A DNA stretch of 64,000 nucleotides from an uncultured Acidobacteriota bacterium (GTDB lineage Bacteria > Acidobacteriota > Thermoanaerobaculia > UBA5066 > Gp7-AA6), in contig CAVXTP010000010.1 of assembly GCA_963764715.1 (NCBI GenBank), positions 32,001 to 96,000 on the forward strand. The letters run 5' to 3'. Position 1 is the stretch's first letter. Every line of letters begins with the position of its first letter. Below, one piece after another: positions 48,841 through 58,242 of the stretch. The notes beneath the pieces were generated by a model. It had not been told where the DNA came from. It worked only from the letters and a program-made list of their open reading frames with translations, and did not search any database. A program made the position numbers and the translations under genes.

Positions 48841-49629
48841 ATGCCCGGACGGAACGGTCAGCTCGCTTCTAAGACCTTTCTCCTCAAGGAGATGGTCGTT
48901 CGCGACGTCCGCGCGCGCTACGCGGGGTCGGGACTGGGGATCCTCTGGGCCTTCGCGAACCCGGTGCTCTGGATGCTGCTCTATACCGGGGTCTTTTCGC
49001 TCGTCCTGCGCGTTCCGGTCGAGACGGGCTACGCGAGCTTTCCCGAGTTCCTGATGGCCGGGCTTCTTCCCTGGATGGCGATCCAGGAGGGGATCTCCCG
49101 GTCCTCGTCCGTGCTCGTCGACAACGCGGCCATGGTCAAGAAGACGGTCTTCCCCGTGGAGACGCTCGTGCTCTCGGTCGTGCTCGCGGCGGTCGTCAAC
49201 GAAGTGATCGCCCTCGCGATCTTCGCCGTGTACCTCGGCGTCCTCGGGCACCTGTCGATCGCGTGGCTGGCGCTCGTGGTGCCCGCGCTGGTGCTGCAGG
49301 TCCTGATGACCTTCGGCATCGGCTGCATCGCGGCGACGCTGACGGCGTTCGTCCGCGACACGGTCCATGCGGTCGGCATCGCCCTGACCGTCGTTTTCTA
49401 TGCGACCCCGATCGTCTACCCCGCCTCGCTCGTCCCGGCGCGCCTGCGGCCCCTGATCGACGCGAACCCGGTCGCGGCGCTGGTCGACCTCTTCCGCCGC
49501 GCCTTCACGCTGCACGCGGCCCCCGCGCCCGCGCCGGTCGTCTACCTGACGGTCTTCTGCGTGGCGGCGGCCGTCGTGGGAGCCGGGCTCTTCGCGCGCG
49601 CCCGCCCGCATTTCGCCGATTTGATCTGA
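48841..49629 (+). CDS. wzm: Wzm-type polysaccharide ABC transporter permease
   Basis: RDVRARYAGSGLGILWAFANP; VKKTVFP; FYATPIVYP; NP; FADLI. Confidence 0.9.
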   Translation: MPGRNGQLASKTFLLKEMVVRDVRARYAGSGLGILWAFANPVLWMLLYTGVFSLVLRVPVETGYASFPEFLMAGLLPWMAIQEGISRSSSVLVDNAAMVKKTVFPVETLVLSVVLAAVVNEVIALAIFAVYLGVLGHLSIAWLALVVPALVLQVLMTFGIGCIAATLTAFVRDTVHAVGIALTVVFYATPIVYPASLVPARLRPLIDANPVAALVDLFRRAFTLHAAPAPAPVVYLTVFCVAAAVVGAGLFARARPHFADLI

Positions 49630-49727
49630 ATGGCGGATACGCGAATAAACGGCCCTGCCAGTGGGTTTCCCGCTCGGCCAATCCGTTCCCGGGCTGGTTC
49701 CCCCGAATTCGCCGTCTGGAGGTTTTC

Positions 49728-51389
49728 GTGAAGCGAGTCCCCTTCCTCATGCTGTTCGCGGCGGCGGCCGTCTGCTCGGCGCAGGCGAAGGCCCCGACGC
49801 CGAAGAAGCCTGCCGCGCCGCCGCCGGCCACCCACGCGCCCTCCCCGTCGCCGACGCCCGGCATCCTGTCGCGCATCGATCCGAACGTGGTCGAGGAGAC
49901 GGACACCTACGTGATCCGGCGCTACAAGAAGTCGGACTACAAGAAGGTCGACGAACGGCACTTCAAGATCCCGATCCTCGGGCCCCCGGTCGAGTTCTTC
50001 AAGGAAGACGACGACTACTACTACACGTCGACGCCCAAGGTGATCCCGGAAGAGCGGGAGTACCGGCAGCAGCAGAAGGAGCGCGAGCAGGCCTCGGGCA
50101 CGGTCGTCAAAGTGCCGAAGGGGGCGGTCGCCGGGCCCGCGTCGAGCGGCGTCACGGCGGAGGATTTCAAGGACCTGTTCCCGCCGCGCGTGGAGGGCCG
50201 GCTCAAGCTCGCCCGTGTCGCTTCGGGCGGGCTTCCCCGCTCCGGAATGTGGCGGGCGTCCTTCGTGATGGCCGACGCCAACGGCGACGGGATCGCGGAC
50301 ATCGTGGCCCCGCCGAACCGGCTGGGCGACGGCTCTCTGCACGTCTGGCTCGGCGACGGCAAGGGCGGATTCGCGCCCTGGAAGGTCACGATGACCGAGG
50401 GGGGCAAGCCGGCCGAGCGGTTCTCGATCGACTACGGCGCCGTCGCCTGCGGGGACATCGACGGCGACGGCCACATGGACGTCGTGAGCGCCTCGCACGG
50501 CGGCGGAGTCGTTTCGCTCTTCGGCGACGGCCGGGGCGGCTTCGAGGTGGTCCGGGCGGGGCTCCCCACGCGCGACTTCTCGAGCCAGGCTGTCGTTCTC
50601 GTCGACGCCAACGGCGACGGCAAGCTCGACCTCGTGGCCTCGCGGGATGCCGCCGGCAGCAACACGGGCACCGTCCAGGGCGTCGACCGGCAGCAGGTGC
50701 GCGTGTATCTCTTCCTCGGGCGCGACCGGGGCTGGGAGTTCAAGAAGGACGGAATCGTCGGCGGCTTCTACTCGAACAGCCTGACCGCCTGGGACTACGA
50801 CGGGGACGGCCGCAAAGACGTCCTGACGGGCAGCCACTACACGGGAGCGCTCGTGCTGCTCTGGAAGAACAACGGGGACGGCACCTTCTCCCCGGTCCAG
50901 TTCCCGGCGATCGAGCCCTACGCCTACCACTTCGGCGAGGCCTCCGGGACGTGGGGCAAGGGCCGCGTGCCCGCTTTCGCCGACGGGTTCTCGATGCAGG
51001 CCAACGTACCGGACCCGCAACGGGCCGCCGGCTTCACGATCTACGCGTTCGAGAACGGCGCCTGGACGCGGCATCGCGTCTGGCGCAAGCACGAGTGGAA
51101 GGCGTACAACTACGCCGTCGCTCTCGGGGACCTCGACGGGGACGGCCTCGACGACGTGGTCTTCCCGGACAACGAGGCCTACCGGCTTCGCGTCCTCTTC
51201 CAGCAGGCCGACGGCACCTTCCTCGAGGCGGCCGAGGCCGACGAGCCGGCTCTCGACTCCGCGGGGCAGTGCGTGCGCCTGGCCGACCTCGACGGCGACG
51301 GGAAGCTCGACGTCGTGCTCTCGAAGACGATCACGTCCGGAGATCCGACGAAGCCCGGTGGATGGGACGTTTACCTCAATAGACGGTGA
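49728..51389 (+). CDS. Secreted FG-GAP/VCBS repeat protein
   Basis: GGAGG RBS + GTG; signal peptide; six D.[ND]GDG..D repeats. Confidence 0.88.
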   Translation: MKRVPFLMLFAAAAVCSAQAKAPTPKKPAAPPPATHAPSPSPTPGILSRIDPNVVEETDTYVIRRYKKSDYKKVDERHFKIPILGPPVEFFKEDDDYYYTSTPKVIPEEREYRQQQKEREQASGTVVKVPKGAVAGPASSGVTAEDFKDLFPPRVEGRLKLARVASGGLPRSGMWRASFVMADANGDGIADIVAPPNRLGDGSLHVWLGDGKGGFAPWKVTMTEGGKPAERFSIDYGAVACGDIDGDGHMDVVSASHGGGVVSLFGDGRGGFEVVRAGLPTRDFSSQAVVLVDANGDGKLDLVASRDAAGSNTGTVQGVDRQQVRVYLFLGRDRGWEFKKDGIVGGFYSNSLTAWDYDGDGRKDVLTGSHYTGALVLLWKNNGDGTFSPVQFPAIEPYAYHFGEASGTWGKGRVPAFADGFSMQANVPDPQRAAGFTIYAFENGAWTRHRVWRKHEWKAYNYAVALGDLDGDGLDDVVFPDNEAYRLRVLFQQADGTFLEAAEADEPALDSAGQCVRLADLDGDGKLDVVLSKTITSGDPTKPGGWDVYLNRR

Positions 51390-51468
51390 CCGGCCGGGTT
51401 AAAGGCCTCGTTCGGCTCGTCTTAAGCCGGTTCCTATGACCCGGAAGCATAAATTTCTCGTTTTTTCC

Positions 51469-51497
51469 TTGACAGGGGTATTCCCGGGCGCGATCAT
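51469..51497 (+). promoter_or_regulatory. sigma70 promoter with AT-rich upstream element
   Basis: TTGACA-17 nt-GATCAT preceded by ATAAATTTCTCGTTTTTT. Confidence 0.65.
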
Positions 51498-51652
51498 CCC
51501 TGCAGACCCGGGGCACCCGGTGCCCCAACTAGAACAGTACTCAGGTTTTTGCGGGTGTAGTAAATCGAAGTGCGGGAGGTGATGGGATCGTTCGAGGGAA
51601 GGAAGTCCCAATCGTGTGTTTTCGAACAGTTAACTGTTACGAGGAGATCTCA

Positions 51653-53090
51653 ATGAAGAAAACCCTGATGACGTGCCTGGCGATCGTCGCCGTGTTCGCG
51701 ATTGCGAGCTCGGCCGTCGCCGTCACGTGCACCTCCGACCAGCGGCCGGCGGCGACGCTGCTCGTCCCGTACTTCCAGGTCAGCATCGGCGAAGATGGCA
51801 ACGTCTTCGGCACGGGCCCCGGCGCCCGCGACACGCTCGTGACGATCATGAACGCCTCCTCGGCGCCCATGATCGCCCACGTCAACGTGTACGACCGGTA
51901 CTCCGTCCTGCAGCTCGACTTCAACGTCGCCCTCACGGGATACGACGTCCAGCCGATGCGCATCTCGGACATCATCTCGGGCTTCCTGCCGAACACGCTG
52001 AACTTCGACGGCGACGACGCCTGTCAGCGCAACGCGAACGCCGATGTGTACCCGAGCTCGAACGGCTTCCTGCGCGTCCGCCCGCTCGCTCCGGCGACCG
52101 GCCAGGACAACACGCAGGCGACCACGGACTACTCGGATCACTACAATCTGGGCGACCTGATCCCGAACCTGCAGTTCAACTGCGGCACCGGGAACCTCGA
52201 TCCGCTGGCGATCGGGTACATCATGATCGACCACGCGAACTACTGCAACCTGTCCGATCCGACCGACCCGAACTACTACTACAACGACGCGATCGGCATG
52301 GAGAACAACCTGTGGGGCGAGATCATCTTCACCTCGGGTGAAGGCCTCCCGACCTACGGCATCTCCACGGTCAACATGGAGACGGACACGACGTTCGGCG
52401 ACGCGGCTTTCCTCAATCCGGACGTCACGGTTCGCACGTTCTACGCCCGTTACTGGAGCCCGTTCATCGACTCGGCGCCGAACAACTGCCCGAACTGCAA
52501 CCAGGTGAACGCGGACAACGACCTTCTCCAGACCTCGCCCTGGAACGTCGGCTTCGGCGACCAGCGTGAGCCGCTCGGCCTGAACTGGGCCGTGCGTTGG
52601 TTCGATCTCGGCCTGACGCTGACGACGAACTTCCAGGTTTGGCGCTCGTCGCCGGCCGCCCCGGCGTCGCTGCTCTCGAGCTGCGACATCGAGGAGCCGA
52701 CGGTCACGCTCGTGTTCTTCGACGAAGACGAGAACACCACGACGCAGGGCACCTGCCCGTCGCCGTGCACCAACCCCACGTTCAACTTCCCCTACGAGAC
52801 GCAGCAGCGCAACGTGGTCGCGTTCTCGCGTCCGGGCGGCGCGGTGGCCGGCTGGGTCGACATGAGCTTCGTGAACAACTCGGAAGGCGACGTGCTCGAC
52901 CAGGCTTGGGCGGCGTACGCGTTCGAGGGCTTCGCGGCGTTCGAGTCGGTTCTCGTCCCGGGTACGCAGCTCGACCCGTCGTCCTGCAACCCGCTCTACA
53001 TCCTCGGCACGGTTCAGACGATTCTGCCGACGATCTCGACCCTCTCGTTCGATCCCGACGGGCATCGGCGTCAACAACCTCGGTTCCTAG
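51653..53090 (+). CDS. Secreted acidic Cys/Asn-rich protein, candidate S-layer or major surface protein (probable indel near 53050)
   Basis: GAGGAG RBS; signal peptide MKKTLMTC..AVA; the uncorrected ORF reads through the terminator, while removing one base gives ..SIPTGIGVNNLGS* at 53090. Confidence 0.75.
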
Positions 53091-53102
53091 TCCGGTTTCC
53101 AC

Positions 53103-53140
53103 GGGTGGGCGGGGCTTCGGCCCCGCCCACTCTTATTTTT
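53103..53140 (+). terminator. Intrinsic terminator
   Basis: 13-bp stem, C(TTCG)G tetraloop, TTATTTTT tail. Confidence 0.9.
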
Positions 53141-53271
53141 GGCCCCGGGTGGTCGCGAAGGTCTGATTTCAGTTTCTCCTAGGTGCCAATGGTCGAAATT
53201 GAGGGGAAGATGAAATCGGATCTGAGGCGTTCTTCAAGTCGGCCCTCGCCGAACCCTTTCCGGAGGATCCT

Positions 53272-56200
53272 GTGCTCATGAATCGTCCCTCGTCCCGGCC
53301 GGCCCTCGGGGCGGCCGTCCTGCTGTTTTCGATCGCCGCCGCCGCCTTCGCGCAGTCGCCCAACTGCGGCGTGCTCCAGGGCAATCTCTCGACCTCGCTT
53401 CCGGCCGGCGCGGGTACGCTCCCGAGCAGCTCCGCCCTGTCGACCGCCAACGGGGACGACTTCGCCTGGGTCCTGACGCAGTGGGGCTTCGCTCAGGCGC
53501 GGCTGACGACGCCGGAGAACCCCAACCCCTACGGCCAGATCATCATCGGCAAGGAGGGCGGCGCGACCCAGGGCATCATCACGATCCGCTGCGACTGCCA
53601 CCAGGGCTCCAACTCGATGGACGTCGCCGACGACGGCAACGGCAACGCCCGCATGGTTTCGGACTGGCAGCCGTACAACCAGGGCGGCCCTCCGGGCGGC
53701 GCGAAGTTCTCGGGCCTGCCGGCCCAGGCCGCGATGACCACGAACTACGGCGCCCCGGCCTTCGGAAACCAGATCAACCTGCCGGGCGCCGTGGCGCAGG
53801 GTGCGCGGGTCGCCGCGATCTACACGAGCGCGGGCAAGTTCTTCGGCTACTTCCCGGTTGCCAGCAGCAGCGTGTACGTCGCCGACGTCACGGACCTCGA
53901 CGGCAGCCCGTCGCCCGACAATGCCGTGACGCCGAGCCTCGCGATCGGCTGGAGCTCCGGGGTGGGGCCTTCCGACGGCGTGCGCCTGCGGGCCAAGCAC
54001 GTCACGGCCGGCTCCTACGACAAGGACGTGCTCGTCGGCGCGGTCAAGGGCGACTCCTCGATCCACTACGCCGAGATCAACTCCTCGACGGGTGTCGCGA
54101 CGGAGAAGGCGAGCGCGCCGACGACGGGATACCCGATCCAGCTCGAGATCGCCGCCGTGAACGGCAAGATCTTCGTCCTCGCCGCCGAGTCCTCGGACGG
54201 CCTCCAGGTCTACCGGTACGACCCCGCGACGTCGACGCTCACCTCCGTCTTCTCGATCGCCGGCAACATCAAGCAGGTCGAGGTGGCGGGGCCGCAGCCC
54301 TACCCGGCCCTCTTCTTCTACCGCGACGCCGGGTCGGGCAACTCGTTCATCGACATCTACGACACGAAGTGGATGACGGACGGCGGCAACCCCGTTCTCG
54401 TCCGGTCGCTCCCGCACTACGGGGTCGGCGTCAGCTACAAGGGCACGAGCTTCGAGGCGTTCGTCAAGCAGTCGGGCGCGGTCTTCACCGCCTACGTCTA
54501 CCGCGCGCTGACGCCTCCGTCGCCGGGCCTGCCCACGGAGCAGAGCCCCATCCGGACGGACAAGGTCGACATCTCCTGCATCGCGGCCGATCCCACGGCG
54601 CCTCCGACCGCGTCGGCCACGCTGATCAACCTCTCGGCGCAGTCGCGCCCGAGCCCGGAGAACACGAAGAACTACTTCGGCGACAAGTGGGAGATCCTCG
54701 ACACGTCCGCCTCGTCGCAGCCGATCACGAACGTCTCCTGGGACATCAACACCGGGTCGGCCGGGCCGTACGCCGCGGATGGGGCGTGGAGCGGCAATCC
54801 CGCGTCGAACCCGGAGCTCTCCGACATCAACCCGGCCTACTGGCCGTGCGATCCGGCGGTCGGCGGCAACCTCTCGGCGGGCGCCGGCTGCTGGGGCTCG
54901 GTCGGAGGCCCGGCGAGCGGCACGTTCTATCTCGGCCTGAAGACCTCGAACGTCAACGGCCCCAGCCCGAACACGTTCTTCTCGCCGGGGTACGTGGTCC
55001 AGTCGCCGGCGGTCTCGATCGTCGGCTACGACGGCAACGACCTGAAGGTGCTGGCCGGCAACCCGAACAACGGCGACGCGAGCGGATCGCAGGGGAACAC
55101 GGCCGACGCCACGTTCTCGTGGACGTTCACCCCGGGCAACCTGAACCTTCTCGGAACCGTCGTCACGGTCCCGACGACGGCGACGGCGTTCACGCTCATC
55201 GCGACCTACAAGGACGGCTTCGCGGTCACGAAGACGGGGACGGTCTCGCAGGTCGATCTCGTGCCGAACTTCTCGCTCTCGCCGAACCCCGTGCTCAAGA
55301 ACAGCACGTTGACGCTGAAGAACCTGATGCAGAAGGCCTCCGCCGCCACGCTCAACTCCGTCACGTGGGCGATCACGCCCTCCGGCGGCAGCGGCACGCT
55401 GGCCGCGTCCTTCCATCCGCTCAACGGGACCGCGCCGGTCACCGTGCCCTCGACGGTCGGCCCGTACACGGTGACGCTGACCTACAACTTCACGGACCAC
55501 CTGAACGTCGCGCGGACCGCCAGCGCGTCGAAGACCTTCACGGTCACCGACTTCGCGCCGGTGCCGGCCCTCGGCGTCTACAAGGACTCGGGCCACAGCC
55601 AGGGCGTTTTCCCGCTCGGCAACCCGCCGACCTTCAGCCTCACGACGGGCACGACCTATTACCTCTTCGACGACGAGACGCTGCCGAACGGCGTTCCGCA
55701 TCCCGGAGCGCAGTTCCACAGGAGCAACGACTCGAACAACTCGATCTCCGGCGGCGACACGCTTCTCGGAACGACCGCGGGCTACGGCCCGCAGTCCTTC
55801 TCGCCCGCGGCCTGCAGCTCGTCGCAGAGCTGCTATCTCAAGGTCACCGTGCAGGGCACGACGCGTGCGTCGAAGTACACGGCGACGAGCGGCACCGGCG
55901 GGTGCCCGCCCGATTGCCCCGGTGGCGGCACTCCGGCCGTCAACCTGAGCGCCCCGGTTACCGGCGTCGTCGGCGTGGCCGTCGGCTTCTCCGCCACGGC
56001 CACGGACTTCCCGTCGACCCCGACCTTCACCTGGGACTTCGGTGACGCGGGCGGCGGCGGGGGCGGCGGCGGCGGCGGGGGAGGCGGCGGCGGCTGCCCG
56101 CCCATCGTGCCGAACTGCATCGCGGCGCCCGTGGTCCAGCCGGTCACGCAGGCGAGCGGCTCCGCGACGGCGAGCCACGTCTACGCCACGGTCGGAACGT

Positions 56201-58110
56201 ACCTCGTGAAGGTCACGGCGACGTCCGGCTCCACGGTCAAGACCGACTCGCAGTCGATCGTGATCGGCACCGGCGGTCCTCCTCCGCCGTCGAACCTCTT
56301 CACCGTGACCGGAGCGACGTACAACGGGCTCAACAACTCGTGGAACGTCGACGCCGGCCAGACGGTGGCGTTCGCGGCGGCCGAGCCCGACCCGGGCGCG
56401 ACCTTCGCCTGGGACTTCGGCGACAGCGAGACCGCGACCGGGAAGAGCGTGACCCACGTCTTCACGTCGCAGGGCACGCGCACCACCACCCTGACCGTCA
56501 CGGGCAGCGGGACCGCGACCTCCGGCACCTCGGCCGGCACGGCCCGTTTCAACGTGGCCGCGCCGCGGTTCCAGGCCCTCATGATCCCGGGCGCGGGCTC
56601 CATCCTGGCGGACTCCGGCGACTGGGCGACTGACCTCTCGATCACCAATCCCGGCACCTCGCCGACGACGATCACCCTCTACTTCCTGGCGTTCACGGAC
56701 GAGACCCCGTCGGACCTCTCGACGCTGCCCTTCGACTCGCTCAAGAGCTTCCGGCTCGACGGCGGGCAGTCCTGGTCGGGCGTCGACGTGGTCGGCGACC
56801 CCGAGATCCTCAACCGCAGCGGCGCGGGCAAGGGCATCCTGCTCGCCCGCTTCGACGGCGGGAACGAGGTCCCGATCGCGACCGCGCGCGTCTACTTCAC
56901 GTCGCAGGGGTCCTCGTTCGGCACGGCGCTGCCCTCGTTCGTGACCGGTCCCTACGGCCAGACGGCCCAGGCCGCGACGGTCACCGCTCCCGAGACCCTC
57001 GTGGGTCTGCGGAACGACTCCCTGTACCGTTTCAACGTTTCGCTCTTCAACGCCTCGAGCACGGGCGGCATCTTCCAACTCGAAGTCTTCGACGAGGCTG
57101 GCGAGCGTGTGCAGGTTTTTAGCGAGACCGGCGAGCCGGTGGACAGTCGTCAGTTCAACGTCCTGCCGTACAGCCAGGCGGGGGTCAACGACACCGTGCT
57201 CTTCACGCCGGACCCGGCCAAGCGCTACATCATCAAGGCGTCGAGCACGTCGGGCAGCCTCCAGGCCTACGCCTCGGTCCTCGACCGCCGCAACAACGAC
57301 CTCGTCCAGGTCTCGGACGCCACGCCCCGGATCGACGCCGCCGCCGGCGCGCCGGTCAGTTACTACATCTCCGGCGTCGGCCGCATCGAGACTCCCGAGA
57401 CGAACACGCACTGGCGCACGGACCTGAGCTTCTACAACCCGAGCGCGTCTTCGCGGCCCGTGATCCTGGAGTACCACTACATGCCGGCGGGCGAGACGAC
57501 CGAGAAGGTCGTGCTCACGCGGTTCACCATCGAGTCCGGCCAGGTGATTACGGCGGACGATGTCGTCGGCAACGACGCCTTCCTCGACGGCGCAACGTCC
57601 GACGACCTGAAGGTCGGAACGATCCTGGGCCTCCTCAAGGTCTCCTACAACGCGCCGCTCGACGGGGCTCCGCTGATCGTCGGCGGCCGGATCTACGCCG
57701 ATCTTTCGACCGGCACCGCAGGGATGCAGCTTTCGACGTACAGCCAGCCGGAGGAGAGCGTCGGACCGGCGAGCGGCGTGCTCGTGATGCCGGGGGCCCA
57801 GTCCAACCTGCGCTTCCGGACGAACGTGGGCGTCTTCTCGCAGGGCGACCTGCCCACCTCGGTCAAGGTCACGGCGGTTCGTCAGGACGGCTCGGTGGCC
57901 TCGACCTTCGACTACCAGCTCAACAACCCGGGCCACACCGGCGCCTTCGCGCAGATCCCGGTCACGGCGGACACGTTCCCGGGCATCGACGGCAACGCCA
58001 TGACGATCCGCGTCGAGTCGGTGTCGGGCAGCCCGGTCGGCGCCTACATCGTGACGGTCGACCAGATTTCGACGGACACCGTCTTCATCCAGGGCAAGCG
58101 GGTCAACTGA
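53272..58110 (+). CDS. Large secreted PKD-domain protein with a duplicated C-terminal module
   Basis: Signal peptide; two WDFGD PKD motifs; poly-Gly linker; two W.TDLS..NP modules. Confidence 0.88.
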   Translation: MLMNRPSSRPALGAAVLLFSIAAAAFAQSPNCGVLQGNLSTSLPAGAGTLPSSSALSTANGDDFAWVLTQWGFAQARLTTPENPNPYGQIIIGKEGGATQGIITIRCDCHQGSNSMDVADDGNGNARMVSDWQPYNQGGPPGGAKFSGLPAQAAMTTNYGAPAFGNQINLPGAVAQGARVAAIYTSAGKFFGYFPVASSSVYVADVTDLDGSPSPDNAVTPSLAIGWSSGVGPSDGVRLRAKHVTAGSYDKDVLVGAVKGDSSIHYAEINSSTGVATEKASAPTTGYPIQLEIAAVNGKIFVLAAESSDGLQVYRYDPATSTLTSVFSIAGNIKQVEVAGPQPYPALFFYRDAGSGNSFIDIYDTKWMTDGGNPVLVRSLPHYGVGVSYKGTSFEAFVKQSGAVFTAYVYRALTPPSPGLPTEQSPIRTDKVDISCIAADPTAPPTASATLINLSAQSRPSPENTKNYFGDKWEILDTSASSQPITNVSWDINTGSAGPYAADGAWSGNPASNPELSDINPAYWPCDPAVGGNLSAGAGCWGSVGGPASGTFYLGLKTSNVNGPSPNTFFSPGYVVQSPAVSIVGYDGNDLKVLAGNPNNGDASGSQGNTADATFSWTFTPGNLNLLGTVVTVPTTATAFTLIATYKDGFAVTKTGTVSQVDLVPNFSLSPNPVLKNSTLTLKNLMQKASAATLNSVTWAITPSGGSGTLAASFHPLNGTAPVTVPSTVGPYTVTLTYNFTDHLNVARTASASKTFTVTDFAPVPALGVYKDSGHSQGVFPLGNPPTFSLTTGTTYYLFDDETLPNGVPHPGAQFHRSNDSNNSISGGDTLLGTTAGYGPQSFSPAACSSSQSCYLKVTVQGTTRASKYTATSGTGGCPPDCPGGGTPAVNLSAPVTGVVGVAVGFSATATDFPSTPTFTWDFGDAGGGGGGGGGGGGGGGCPPIVPNCIAAPVVQPVTQASGSATASHVYATVGTYLVKVTATSGSTVKTDSQSIVIGTGGPPPPSNLFTVTGATYNGLNNSWNVDAGQTVAFAAAEPDPGATFAWDFGDSETATGKSVTHVFTSQGTRTTTLTVTGSGTATSGTSAGTARFNVAAPRFQALMIPGAGSILADSGDWATDLSITNPGTSPTTITLYFLAFTDETPSDLSTLPFDSLKSFRLDGGQSWSGVDVVGDPEILNRSGAGKGILLARFDGGNEVPIATARVYFTSQGSSFGTALPSFVTGPYGQTAQAATVTAPETLVGLRNDSLYRFNVSLFNASSTGGIFQLEVFDEAGERVQVFSETGEPVDSRQFNVLPYSQAGVNDTVLFTPDPAKRYIIKASSTSGSLQAYASVLDRRNNDLVQVSDATPRIDAAAGAPVSYYISGVGRIETPETNTHWRTDLSFYNPSASSRPVILEYHYMPAGETTEKVVLTRFTIESGQVITADDVVGNDAFLDGATSDDLKVGTILGLLKVSYNAPLDGAPLIVGGRIYADLSTGTAGMQLSTYSQPEESVGPASGVLVMPGAQSNLRFRTNVGVFSQGDLPTSVKVTAVRQDGSVASTFDYQLNNPGHTGAFAQIPVTADTFPGIDGNAMTIRVESVSGSPVGAYIVTVDQISTDTVFIQGKRVN

Positions 58111-58132
58111 GGCCCGTCCCTTGCAACGCCGG

Positions 58133-58163
58133 AAAGGGCCCCTCGCCGGGGCCCTTTTCCTTT
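58133..58163 (+). terminator. Intrinsic terminator
   Basis: AAAGGGCCCC-5 nt-GGGGCCCTTT then TCCTTT. Confidence 0.8.
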
Positions 58164-58242
58164 GACCGGTGGATCGGAAGCCCGCGGGCGAGACGGGACG
58201 GGGCGTTCATCCGTATCGCAGGGCTAGAATGGGCCGGACGAC

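Noticed and set aside
51577-51612. Fluoride riboswitch-like GGTGATGG start
   Set aside because: Pairing and pseudoknot partners not found; no fluoride-related gene downstream.
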